A stretch of 32,902 nt of DNA, from the IMG/VR virus record IMGVR_UViG_3300032261_000046, positions 1 through 32,902 of that record. One strand, 5' to 3'. The position numbers were made by a program, and so were the translations under genes. Below, in pieces: positions 25,423 to 32,902 of the stretch. A model generated the notes under the pieces. It ran no database searches and was not told where the DNA came from. It saw only the letters and a program-made list of their open reading frames with translations. The DNA comes from a virus (Duplodnaviria > Caudoviricetes). Position 1 is the first letter of the stretch, and each line of letters opens with the position of its first letter.

Positions 25423-25600
25423 TGGAGTAAATCTCCTTCTTCAGGATCTCCCAATAGCTATGCGTGAGGTCGTCGACCTGCGTGAGTCGTAGCTCGAGGG
25501 CCTTGAGCGTGTCCGAGTGGCTCTCAATCAGCTCCTCGATCCGCCCGAGTCGGCGCTCGGCCTCGTCGAGCCGTGCCTCTATGGCAGGGATGGCAAACAT
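25373..25600 (-). CDS. Coiled-coil hypothetical protein
   Basis: IEARLDEAERRLGRIEELI heptads; GGAG upstream. Confidence 0.65.
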   Translation of the reverse strand: MFAIPAIEARLDEAERRLGRIEELIESHSDTLKALELRLTQVDDLTHSYWEILKKEIYSIALQLPPPNPADGQSS

Positions 25601-25604
25601 GGGC

Positions 25605-25727
25605 TTATCGCTCCGAGAGGACCTTGAGGAACGTGCGGAGAATTGCGGCGAAGACGGGGGCGGCGACGATGCCGACGGCCAGGAGGCACACGAGGCGGAT
25701 CAGTTGGGAGATGACTCGTGCGAGCAC
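25605..25727 (-). CDS. Small single-pass membrane peptide (40 aa)
   Basis: MLARVISQLIRLVCLLAVGIVAAPVFAAILRTFLKVLSER; GAGG RBS; stop 4 nt before next ATG; not in track. Confidence 0.6.
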   Translation of the reverse strand: MLARVISQLIRLVCLLAVGIVAAPVFAAILRTFLKVLSER

Positions 25728-25931
25728 CAAGGCCTCGTATTAGACTTAGTCCCGAACCCGGGTCGTCGCTGGCCCGCATACCCTGGGCTGGGATTTCACA
25801 GCCCTAGTCCGGGGTGGTCCCGCTGAAGGCGATCAGACTCCTCCGCGCGGGACAGCTTTGGGCGTGTATTAAGGGCACGCCCTGATGGTCTAGTCAGGCG
25901 GCCGGGCGGGAGTAATGGCCCGCTCGGCTTT

Positions 25932-26264
25932 TCACGCGGCGTCGCGGGCGACGTGGATCTCGGTGACGGAGAGCTGCCGCTCGATCGAGGGGCGGAGCTG
26001 CGTGCGGATCTCTTCGACGACTTCGGTGCCCATGATGCGGGCGACCTCGTGGGCGGTGAACCGGCGCACCTCGCGGGTGACGACCTGGGCGGTGAGCTTG
26101 CCAGGCTCGACCTGGGCACCCTCGAGCAGGCAGGTCAGGAGGCCCTTACGCCGCAGATCGAGATCGGCACTAAGCCGCTTCACTTCCGCGTGCAGGGCCC
26201 GGTACTCGGCGAGAGTGACCTGGGTGATTCTTGGACCGACGCTCTTTGCGCGTGCTTTGGCCAA
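25932..26264 (-). CDS. Hypothetical protein (110 aa, TTG start inferred)
   Basis: AAGGA 8 nt before TTG; only this part of the track ORF looks protein-like. Confidence 0.6.
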   Translation of the reverse strand: MAKARAKSVGPRITQVTLAEYRALHAEVKRLSADLDLRRKGLLTCLLEGAQVEPGKLTAQVVTREVRRFTAHEVARIMGTEVVEEIRTQLRPSIERQLSVTEIHVARDAA

Positions 26265-26628
26265 CGGGCTTGTCCTTGGGCTTGGGGTCTGGCCTCGGGT
26301 CAGTGCGCGGATTGCGCCTGAGGGCGGCATGTCCGTCGCACCCGCTGCGGTGACAGACGGCACAGCAGAGGACCGAGCCAGGGCGATGATTCGACGGCGT
26401 GCAACGGCAGCGCGAAGTGGGAAAGAGACCATTCAGGGGGCAGAAAAGGACGAGCTTGGGGAGATGGAAGCGAATCGCGGTCGCGGCTTCGATCTCGCGT
26501 TCAAGGCGGGCGAGTTCCTTCTGCACGAGTCGCGGGGAGACCCTCGCGTAGCGAGCGACCTTGTCTGTGCTCCAGCCCCATTCGAGCCGGTTGAGCCAGG
26601 CGTACGCGCGGCGTTCTCGATCGGCCAT
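26170..26628 (-). CDS. Putative HTH plus Cys/His zinc-binding regulator
   Basis: GWSTDKVARYARVSPRLVQKEL HTH-like; CCAVCHRSGCDGH. Confidence 0.65.
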   Translation of the reverse strand: MADRERRAYAWLNRLEWGWSTDKVARYARVSPRLVQKELARLEREIEAATAIRFHLPKLVLFCPLNGLFPTSRCRCTPSNHRPGSVLCCAVCHRSGCDGHAALRRNPRTDPRPDPKPKDKPVGQSTRKERRSKNHPGHSRRVPGPARGSEAA

Positions 26629-26690
26629 GTGACACTACCAATCTAGGACATGGATCCGGGAGAGCCGGGGTGAGAAGTGGGTTTTCCGCC

Positions 26691-27482
26691 CTAAGCCGTT
26701 TGCTTCTCGGGACTACGATCGTCTGGCATGGCGAACAGGTCTGAGCTGCGAGGGGACGACAGTATTTGTCGCAGCCGGCGGAGGGCCCGGTCCTGGACCT
26801 GGTAAAGCCACCAGGCTGAGAGGCCAGTCTCGTGAGCAATGTCCCGCATGGACATGGGATCACAGCCCAGGCCAAAGCGGCGGGCCAGGACCACCCGCTC
26901 GAGCTGGAGGAGCGAGCCGAAGGCCACTGCGAGTGCGTCGAGGTCCTCGCTCAGGACGGCGAGCTCGTGCGGATCCGCCTGCCTGGGATCGGTCGGCAGG
27001 GTCACGCGACCGGCCTCGAGCTGGTCGATCTCGTCGTCGTCACTCGCGGTGAGGGCGAAGTACTTGATCGGCCGGCGAGCTCGGCGTCGGTGCTCCAGAC
27101 ACTCCGCCCGGGTCTTTGCCTGGGCCTCCGTGACTGCCTTGGCGAGTGCCTCCTCGCGCTCGAGGTAGACGGGCGTATGAATGGCGGGACGCTCTCGCAG
27201 CCAGGCGTGAATCTCCATGAGGATCCAGTGCCGGGCGTACGTGGTGAACCTGGTGCCGGCCTCGTCGTCGAAGCGGTCGGCGGCTTCTACGAGGCCGGTG
27301 ACGGCGGCCTGGAGAATGTCCTGGAAGTCGCCATCCCGTGACCAGGGCTTGGCGAGGCCGATCGCGTAGCCGTAGTTATGCTCGACCAGCGCGTCTCGTG
27401 CCTTCTGGTCGCCCTGCTTCACCCGTTGGGCCAGGGCGACTTCCTCCTCGGCGCTGAGGAGGGGGAGCTGCTTGTACCGCAT
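26691..27482 (-). CDS. Sigma-70 family RNA polymerase sigma factor (RpoD/RpoH-like regions 1.2, 2, 4)
   Basis: PLLS.EEE..LA, AR..LV..N, D..Q....GL.EA..RFD...G.RF.TYA..WI, ER.VL..RFGL, AL.RLR. Confidence 0.93.
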   Translation of the reverse strand: MRYKQLPLLSAEEEVALAQRVKQGDQKARDALVEHNYGYAIGLAKPWSRDGDFQDILQAAVTGLVEAADRFDDEAGTRFTTYARHWILMEIHAWLRERPAIHTPVYLEREEALAKAVTEAQAKTRAECLEHRRRARRPIKYFALTASDDDEIDQLEAGRVTLPTDPRQADPHELAVLSEDLDALAVAFGSLLQLERVVLARRFGLGCDPMSMRDIAHETGLSAWWLYQVQDRALRRLRQILSSPRSSDLFAMPDDRSPEKQTA

Positions 27483-27721
27483 CGTATCTCCGGCTGCGTC
27501 GCCTCGTGTCCCTTATTCGAACATAGCTCTTGCCCGCCCTAACGGCAGGTGGAGGGTCGTGTCACGGGGGTTCGGCGGCGGTGAATCAGGGCGAGCGAGG
27601 TTTGACCTAGTGTTCAGACTGGGGGCTCATGGCTTCGCCAGGCTGCGGGGCCGGCCTCGAGGCGCAGGCTCAAAACGGAGGGAAACGCCCCCCGAGGCGT
27701 GCCGAATTCGGCCTTTCACAG

Positions 27722-27749
27722 GCTGAACATTTTGGTTGGAATGTTCAGC
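27722..27749. promoter_or_regulatory. 10-8-10 palindrome GCTGAACATT-N8-AATGTTCAGC (recombination core or operator)
   Basis: Perfect arms 27722-27731/27740-27749; another perfect arm at 27817-27826. Confidence 0.6.
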
Positions 27750-27841
27750 GTGCCGGGAATTCAGGGGCTCAAAATGCAGGCTTTGTGCGTCCTGAGCGCG
27801 AAACAGACCGCATCGTAATGTTCAGCATGGGAGTTGGAGCA

Positions 27842-28459
27842 ATGCCTGGAAGTAGGTCCCAGAATGACGAGCTGCGAGGTCGGAAGTACCTCGAAAAAGA
27901 TGAGGTCATGAGGATCGTCAGAGCCGCTGCGAAGCTGGGTCGCCAACTGCGGAAGCTGAAGCCCGGCGAGAAACGGGGAAGGTGCACCAACGGACAGCGC
28001 GACTCGGCGATGATCCTGATCGCCTATCGCCACGCCTTCCGCGTGAGCGAGCTGGTGAACCTGAGATGGGAGCAAATCAACCTGGAGAGGCGGAGCATGT
28101 TCGTCAAGCGCCTGAAGGGCAGTAGCTCGCAGATGCATACGATGCAAAAGGACGAGGTCGCGGTCCTGCGCGCCCTGGGAGGCGATAGGACCGGACTCGT
28201 CTTCCGCAGCGAGCTGGGGGGGCGGATGGCCCGCAACCGGTTCAACCAGATCCTCGCCCGCGCCGCGCAGGCCGCGGGGCTGAAATTCCCGGTCAACCCG
28301 CACATGCTCCGGCACGGCTGCGGGTTCGAGCTGACGAACCGGGGGATCCCGATGCGCTATATACAGGACTGGATGGGCCACGCCAACTTGCAGCACACCG
28401 CCGGTTATGCCGCCCTTTGCGACCAGCGCTTCAGGGCCGTCGCGATGTGGGATGACTAG
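27842..28459 (+). CDS. FimB/FimE-like tyrosine recombinase (catalytic domain only, 205 aa)
   Basis: RKYL...EV, RD..MIL.AYRH..R.SEL, KRLKG, PHMLRH.CGF.L, IQD..GH.N..HT..Y. Confidence 0.92.
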   Translation: MPGSRSQNDELRGRKYLEKDEVMRIVRAAAKLGRQLRKLKPGEKRGRCTNGQRDSAMILIAYRHAFRVSELVNLRWEQINLERRSMFVKRLKGSSSQMHTMQKDEVAVLRALGGDRTGLVFRSELGGRMARNRFNQILARAAQAAGLKFPVNPHMLRHGCGFELTNRGIPMRYIQDWMGHANLQHTAGYAALCDQRFRAVAMWDD

Positions 28460-28725
28460 ACGAGCCGCTCCGCCTCGACCTTGGTGATCTTGCCGAGGTG
28501 GGTCTGGATCCGCCATTCGTAATCGGGGGCCGGCTCTCCCTCATCGATCGCGTCGAAGTCGGGGCTCATCGCCAGGTAGACGAACTTGCGGACGGACTGG
28601 TCGAGCCGGCAGTCGAAGACGACGACGCGGCTCATGAGCGGGAGCAGGTTCAGCCCCTCCTTGCGTACCCAGTGCTCCGGGAGGGTGAACCTTCCCCAGC
28701 GTGCGGTCTGGTCGTGGCTGCTCAT
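28456..28725 (-). CDS. Hypothetical protein
   Basis: Y...SP.FD.I.EGE..P.Y pattern; convergent stop overlap. Confidence 0.7.
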   Translation of the reverse strand: MSSHDQTARWGRFTLPEHWVRKEGLNLLPLMSRVVVFDCRLDQSVRKFVYLAMSPDFDAIDEGEPAPDYEWRIQTHLGKITKVEAERLV

Positions 28726-28833
28726 GGCTTAGGCGTGACCCCTGCCCTGCCCCGGTGCGGAAGTGGTTATCGGCCAGTATAGCCGGCAGAGGCGGCAGTG
28801 TGAGGAGCGGTTAGCCTTCACTGATCGGCAGGG

Positions 28834-29049
28834 TCAGCCTGCCTTCCGCTGGGCGAGGTGCTCGGGTACCTCGACGTTGACGCCGGCGAGGGCCTCGCCG
28901 AGGAGCTGCTCGGCGATCGCCGAGCGATCGGTCTTGCGCGCTGCCGCCAAGACGGTCAGCCGGGTATCGGTCGAGGCTGAAAGAATCAACGTCACCTTCC
29001 GGCATTCCTGCCTGGCGGGTCGTGCGAGTCGGATCCTGACCGTCTTCAT
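28834..29049 (-). CDS. Ribbon-helix-helix (CopG/ParG-like) DNA-binding protein
   Basis: KVTLILS beta strand then two helices (..RL..LAA....RSAI.E.LL..AL); AAAGGAG RBS. Confidence 0.7.
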   Translation of the reverse strand: MKTVRIRLARPARQECRKVTLILSASTDTRLTVLAAARKTDRSAIAEQLLGEALAGVNVEVPEHLAQRKAG

Positions 29050-29085
29050 GCTCGGACTCCTTTCCGGTTAGGACGCCCGTTCCGG

Positions 29086-29331
29086 TTATCGGCAGGCCGG
29101 CTGATCCTCCTTAATCCTCTCCTGCTCCTCGAACCGCCACACGCCCCGCCGTAGCTCGGAGACGATCTGGCCGGAGTCGCCGTTGGTCAGGTAGAGCGTG
29201 TTGCCTCCCGGATCCGACAAGATCAGCACGAAGTGCGTCTCGCGCGGCATCATGAGCGATACCGCCGCGGTCAACTCGGCCGTGTAGCTCGCGACTTCCG
29301 CGTCGGTCATCTGCGAGAGCCGCTTCATCAT
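29086..29331 (-). CDS. Hypothetical protein (81 aa)
   Basis: ATGA overlap with upstream stop. Confidence 0.65.
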   Translation of the reverse strand: MMKRLSQMTDAEVASYTAELTAAVSLMMPRETHFVLILSDPGGNTLYLTNGDSGQIVSELRRGVWRFEEQERIKEDQPACR

Positions 29332-29687
29332 CGTGCCACGCCCCCCACGTTGACCACGACCGGAGGTCCTGCGGCGATGGGCACGAGGTAGAGCAGGTCG
29401 CTCGGGTTGCCGGAGAGCGTCCCCGTCGAGCTGCACTGGAAGACGGCGCACCACGCGCCGGACACCGTCGCCGCGATGTCGGGTACTTGAAAGACGCATT
29501 CGTTGGCCAGCGAGCCGACGGTGTTTGTATGCGGGAGCATCTTGAGGTGAGCAGCGAGGGGAGTGCCACCCGTCGGGATGGCTTCCCAGCCGCCGATGCC
29601 CCCATTGAGCGTGAAGTTCCAGATCGACGTGGCCCACCGGATGCAACAAGCGAGGTATCCCGCATTCGCGTCTACCAAGAAGGTCAT
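29328..29687 (-). CDS. Hypothetical protein (119 aa)
   Basis: AAAGGTGA RBS before ATG 29687. Confidence 0.65.
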   Translation of the reverse strand: MTFLVDANAGYLACCIRWATSIWNFTLNGGIGGWEAIPTGGTPLAAHLKMLPHTNTVGSLANECVFQVPDIAATVSGAWCAVFQCSSTGTLSGNPSDLLYLVPIAAGPPVVVNVGGVAR

Positions 29688-29692
29688 GGGTT

Positions 29693-29926
29693 TCACCTTT
29701 CGTGCCTCGGAGTCGAGAAACAGCGCCAGCGGTGCTCGTCTGCCGGTCGCCAGGTGATGCCCCAGAGCCGACGGAAGCGCTCTTGCATGTCCCAGGCCTG
29801 CTTCTGGGTCTTCCACGGCCCGGCCCAGAGTTGCCAGATCCGATGCACCCGCCCCATCACCACCCATCCTACGGTGGTGCGATCCACTCGGAAGCGATCA
29901 GGCGCGGGTGCCGCTCGGGTGGCCAT
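29693..29926 (-). CDS. Trp/Arg-rich hypothetical protein
   Basis: GAAAGGTGA RBS before ATG 29926. Confidence 0.6.
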   Translation of the reverse strand: MATRAAPAPDRFRVDRTTVGWVVMGRVHRIWQLWAGPWKTQKQAWDMQERFRRLWGITWRPADEHRWRCFSTPRHER

Positions 29927-29984
29927 CAGTCTCACCTTTCGGTGAGGTAGTGAGCTTGCCTTGTTCCCGATGTGTGGATAAGTT

Positions 29985-30029
29985 GAAGGACCGCTCGGAC
30001 CACCGAGGCGCAGTCCAAGCGGTCCCTTC
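29985..30029 (-). promoter_or_regulatory. Leader stem-loop in the divergent early control region
   Basis: 13-bp core stem 29988-30000/30013-30025; the mismatch is a U-G pair on the minus strand. Confidence 0.5.
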
Positions 30030-30305
30030 CAGCCTCATGCCTTGATAGGAGTCTCACTAGCCATTTTCATCGGGCTGATCTGAGCGCGAAGGTTCAAAAT
30101 CCACTCGGAACAGCCAAAAAACAGGAGCCAGCGATGGACCCGCCGAATTCACGCGCCTTCAAAGGCGGCGTGCCTGATCGCTCTTCGAATGGCAAGAGCA
30201 ATCATGCGCACACATCCTATCTTGGGAATGACAGGTACACAAGCCTTTCTTCCCTGAAACGGTGCCGGACGCTCCCTCTCGACCCATCGGGAAAGGAGGG
30301 GAGCC

Positions 30306-30596
30306 ATGTCTTGTAAGCCGTGGTCTTGCCCCGTGTCGGACGCAGAGCACTACCGAGCCGAGCTGGCTCAGGCCCGCGCCCTCGCCTTCCTGACGCTCAT
30401 GGGCCGCGCCTGCGAGCTCGAGGAGATCGAGCGCGCGCCGAGCATGAAGGAGTTCGCGAGAGACGAGATCGAGGTCGCCCTGCTCGCATTGCGGCTGAGC
30501 GACCGGGTCGAGAAGAAGATTCAGCTCATTCGCTACCGCCCCGGAGACAAGTGGCTCCGCCGCGACGTCGTCGTCTACACCGTGAGGAGGGCCTAG
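30306..30596 (+). CDS. Hypothetical protein upstream of primase
   Basis: AAAGGAGGG RBS; stop 3 nt before the primase ATG. Confidence 0.7.
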   Translation: MSCKPWSCPVSDAEHYRAELAQARALAFLTLMGRACELEEIERAPSMKEFARDEIEVALLALRLSDRVEKKIQLIRYRPGDKWLRRDVVVYTVRRA

Positions 30597-30599
30597 CCG

Positions 30600-32855
30600 A
30601 TGGGCACGAAGACCACCTCGGGCACTCGCCCCATCGACCTCGTCATCGGCCGGCTTGAGAGCGGTGGCTTCGACCCCCGACCGGCAGGGGGCGGCGGGTG
30701 GGAATCCCGCTGTCCCGTTCACCAGGGATCAAGGCATAACCTCTCGATCAAGGAAGCCTCGGACGGCATTGTCCTCTTGCATTGCCACCATGCCCATGAG
30801 AACGGCCAGCCATCGTGCACGGCCCAGGCCATCGCCGGGAGCCTCGACATCGAGTTCAAGCATCTATTCCCCTCTGCCGTCGCCGGGGCCCGCCCGCCCA
30901 GGGCAAAGGAGACGCCGAAGCGACCGCGCGACCACCCGCCAAGTACCCCCAGACGCGCGTACCCATCGCCCGAGTCCGCCATCGCGTACTATGTCAGGAA
31001 TTACGGACGGCCCACCGCGCACTGGGTCTACCCCGACCCCGATGGCTTCGAGCTGATGCGGATGTATCGCTTCAGCTTCCTCGACAAGGCGGGTGAGCCG
31101 GACAAGGTCTATCGTCCCGTCCACCCGTCCGCGGACGGCTGGCGCGTCGGGGATCCCCCCGGCGATCTCCCCCTCTTCAACCTCAACAAGCTGACCGCCG
31201 CCGAGCTCGCCATCGTGGTCGAGGGCGAGAAGTGCGCCTGCCTGGTCGATACCCTCGGCCTCGTCGGCACGACGTCGGCGCATGGCGCTAACAGTGCCCT
31301 GAAGACCGATTGGTCACCACTGGCGGGCAAGAAAGCGGTCATCCTCCCGGACCATATCGACGGCCAGGACTACGCCCAAAGCGTCGCCCAGATCCTCACC
31401 GATCTGGATCCACCCGCCGAGGTGCGCATCCTTCCCCTTCCCGGACTCAAGGCGAAGGGCGATGACATCGAGCAGTGGCTCGAGGGACTGCCCCAGGACT
31501 GGACCCCCGCCGACCGCCGCATCGAGCTCGAGCGCCTCATCCTCACCGCGCCGACCTGGAGCGCGCCGCCCCCCGAGCCCCCCAAGCTCCCGGTGACCAT
31601 CGATGAGAACGGCTTCAACCTCACTGAATGGGGGAACGCCCAGCGCCTCATCCGCGCCTACGGCGACCGCCTCAGATACTGCCACTCGCGCAGCATCTGG
31701 CTCACCTGGGACGGCCGCCGCTGGGATCCGGCTGAAAGGGGCACCATCTGGCAGTGGACCAAGGAGACCATCCGCCAGCTCGTGATCGAGGCCTCCGAGA
31801 CCGGAGACCATGACCTGAGCGTCCAGACCTATCGCTGGGCCCTCTACTGCCAGCGCCAGAAGGTCATGGCCGCGACCATCAATCTGGCGTGGTCCGAGCC
31901 GGGCGTCGGCGTCGTCGCCGGCGACTTCGACCGCGATCCCTGGCTTCTCAACTGCCCCAACGGCACGGTCGACCTGCGTACCGGAGACCTGCGCCCCCAT
32001 AACCGGGAGAACCTGCTCTCCAAGCTGACCCTCTGCGACTACGAACCCACCGCCCACTGCCCGCGCTGGAGAAAGGCCCTCGAGCTCATCTTCGCCGGCG
32101 ACGCCGAAATGATCAGTTACATCCAGCGCGCCCTCGGGTACTCCCTGACCGGCGACACCGGCCTCCAGGCCATCTTCCTCTGTCACGGCAAGGGGCGCAA
32201 CGGCAAGAACACCGTCCTGGACACCGTCCGCGCGATACTCCACGACTACGCCACGGTGGCCGCGCCGAGGATCCTGCTCGCCGCGGGGCAGAATGACCAC
32301 CCCACCGCCCTGGCCGACCTGATGGGCCGTCGGTTCGTACCCACCAGCGAGGTGGACAAGGGGGAGCGGATGGCGGAGTCCCTCGTCAAGCGGCTGACCG
32401 GCGACCGCACCATCAAGGCTCGCTTCATGCGCCAGGACCCCTTCGAGTTCGCCGTGACGTTCAAGCTCTGGATGCTGGCCAACGCCAGACCCGAGATCAA
32501 GGGCCGCGACGAGGGCATCTGGTCCAGGATTAAGCTCATCCCCTTCGAGGTCTTCATCCCGCCCGAGAAGCGGATCCCGAACCTGTCGGAAATCCTCGTC
32601 GCAGAGGAGGGCCCCGGAATCCTTGGGTGGATCGTCCAGGGCGCCGTCGACTGGCGCCGCGACGGGCTTCAAGACCCCCGGAAGGTGACGGAGGCGATGG
32701 AGTCTTACCGAGCCGAGCAGGACGTCCTGGCCGACTTCCTGGCCGACTGCTGCGTTTCACATCTTGCCAATGAATGCCTCTTCGACAAGGTCCGGGTCAG
32801 AGCCACCGAGCTCTATGTCCGGTACCAGGACTGGTGCAAGGAGATCGACACATAA
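30600..32855 (+). CDS. P4/D5-family primase-helicase (Zn finger, Toprim, D5_N, SF3 helicase); about 802 aa if read through the circular join to 290
   Basis: CPVH, VVEGEK, ILPD, LLN.PNG.VDL.TG, GKGRNGKNT, K.LTG...I.ARF. Confidence 0.95.
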   Translation: MGTKTTSGTRPIDLVIGRLESGGFDPRPAGGGGWESRCPVHQGSRHNLSIKEASDGIVLLHCHHAHENGQPSCTAQAIAGSLDIEFKHLFPSAVAGARPPRAKETPKRPRDHPPSTPRRAYPSPESAIAYYVRNYGRPTAHWVYPDPDGFELMRMYRFSFLDKAGEPDKVYRPVHPSADGWRVGDPPGDLPLFNLNKLTAAELAIVVEGEKCACLVDTLGLVGTTSAHGANSALKTDWSPLAGKKAVILPDHIDGQDYAQSVAQILTDLDPPAEVRILPLPGLKAKGDDIEQWLEGLPQDWTPADRRIELERLILTAPTWSAPPPEPPKLPVTIDENGFNLTEWGNAQRLIRAYGDRLRYCHSRSIWLTWDGRRWDPAERGTIWQWTKETIRQLVIEASETGDHDLSVQTYRWALYCQRQKVMAATINLAWSEPGVGVVAGDFDRDPWLLNCPNGTVDLRTGDLRPHNRENLLSKLTLCDYEPTAHCPRWRKALELIFAGDAEMISYIQRALGYSLTGDTGLQAIFLCHGKGRNGKNTVLDTVRAILHDYATVAAPRILLAAGQNDHPTALADLMGRRFVPTSEVDKGERMAESLVKRLTGDRTIKARFMRQDPFEFAVTFKLWMLANARPEIKGRDEGIWSRIKLIPFEVFIPPEKRIPNLSEILVAEEGPGILGWIVQGAVDWRRDGLQDPRKVTEAMESYRAEQDVLADFLADCCVSHLANECLFDKVRVRATELYVRYQDWCKEIDT

Positions 32856-32902
32856 GCGGAGAGAAATATGTCCTCTCCAAGAGGCTCTTCGGACAAGAAC
32901 TT
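32719..32902 (+). repeat. Terminal direct repeat, right copy
   Basis: Matches 1-173 with the TCGACACATAA insertion and one SNP. Confidence 0.97.

Larger units (their letters stand above)
1..32902. mobile_element. Complete temperate HK97-like siphophage genome (circular assembly, unit length about 32,718 bp)
   Basis: Terminal direct repeat; packaging, head, neck and tail genes; integrase with attP; primase-helicase reading across the join. Confidence 0.93.

Noticed and set aside
25737-25895. Late promoter motif from repeated GTATTA and TAGTC words
   Set aside because: Spacing between the words is inconsistent, so no consensus can be supported
27629-27841. N-terminal 71 aa of the 276-aa recombinase ORF
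   Set aside because: Overlaps the repeat-rich control region; FimB-type proteins are about 200 aa and ATG 27842 fits that size
27792-30090. 11-bp direct repeat CTGAGCGCGAA (27792 and 30080) as a recombination site
   Set aside because: Matches of this length are expected by chance in a GC-rich 33-kb sequence

Overview
The window appears to be a complete, circularly assembled temperate siphophage genome of about 32.7 kb. Bases 1-173 recur at 32719-32902, and the primase gene reads through the join. The sequence is GC-rich; a Planctomycetota host is inferred only from the heptamer repeats and gene style. Layout: P4/D5-type primase-helicase, an iteron-rich origin, an attP made of the 3' half of tRNA-Arg(UCG), and a tyrosine integrase. 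A long minus-strand late operon follows a phage sigma-70 factor: HNH, terS, terL, portal, protease, HK97-fold capsid, neck genes, a block of fibre/lectin genes, tail tube, frameshifted tail chaperone, short tape measure and Cys-rich distal proteins. A FimB/FimE-like recombinase is transcribed divergently from the sigma gene. The most unusual part is the head module. It carries a second capsid paralogue lacking the scaffold segment, wedged between terS and terL; a bacterioferritin-fold gene directly after the main capsid gene that has lost 5 of 6 ferroxidase ligands and the haem Met; and an unannotated 58-aa Gly-Gly-Trp peptide between terL and portal. No endolysin or CI-type repressor was recognisable. 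All protein calls come from manual motif recognition; no searches were run.
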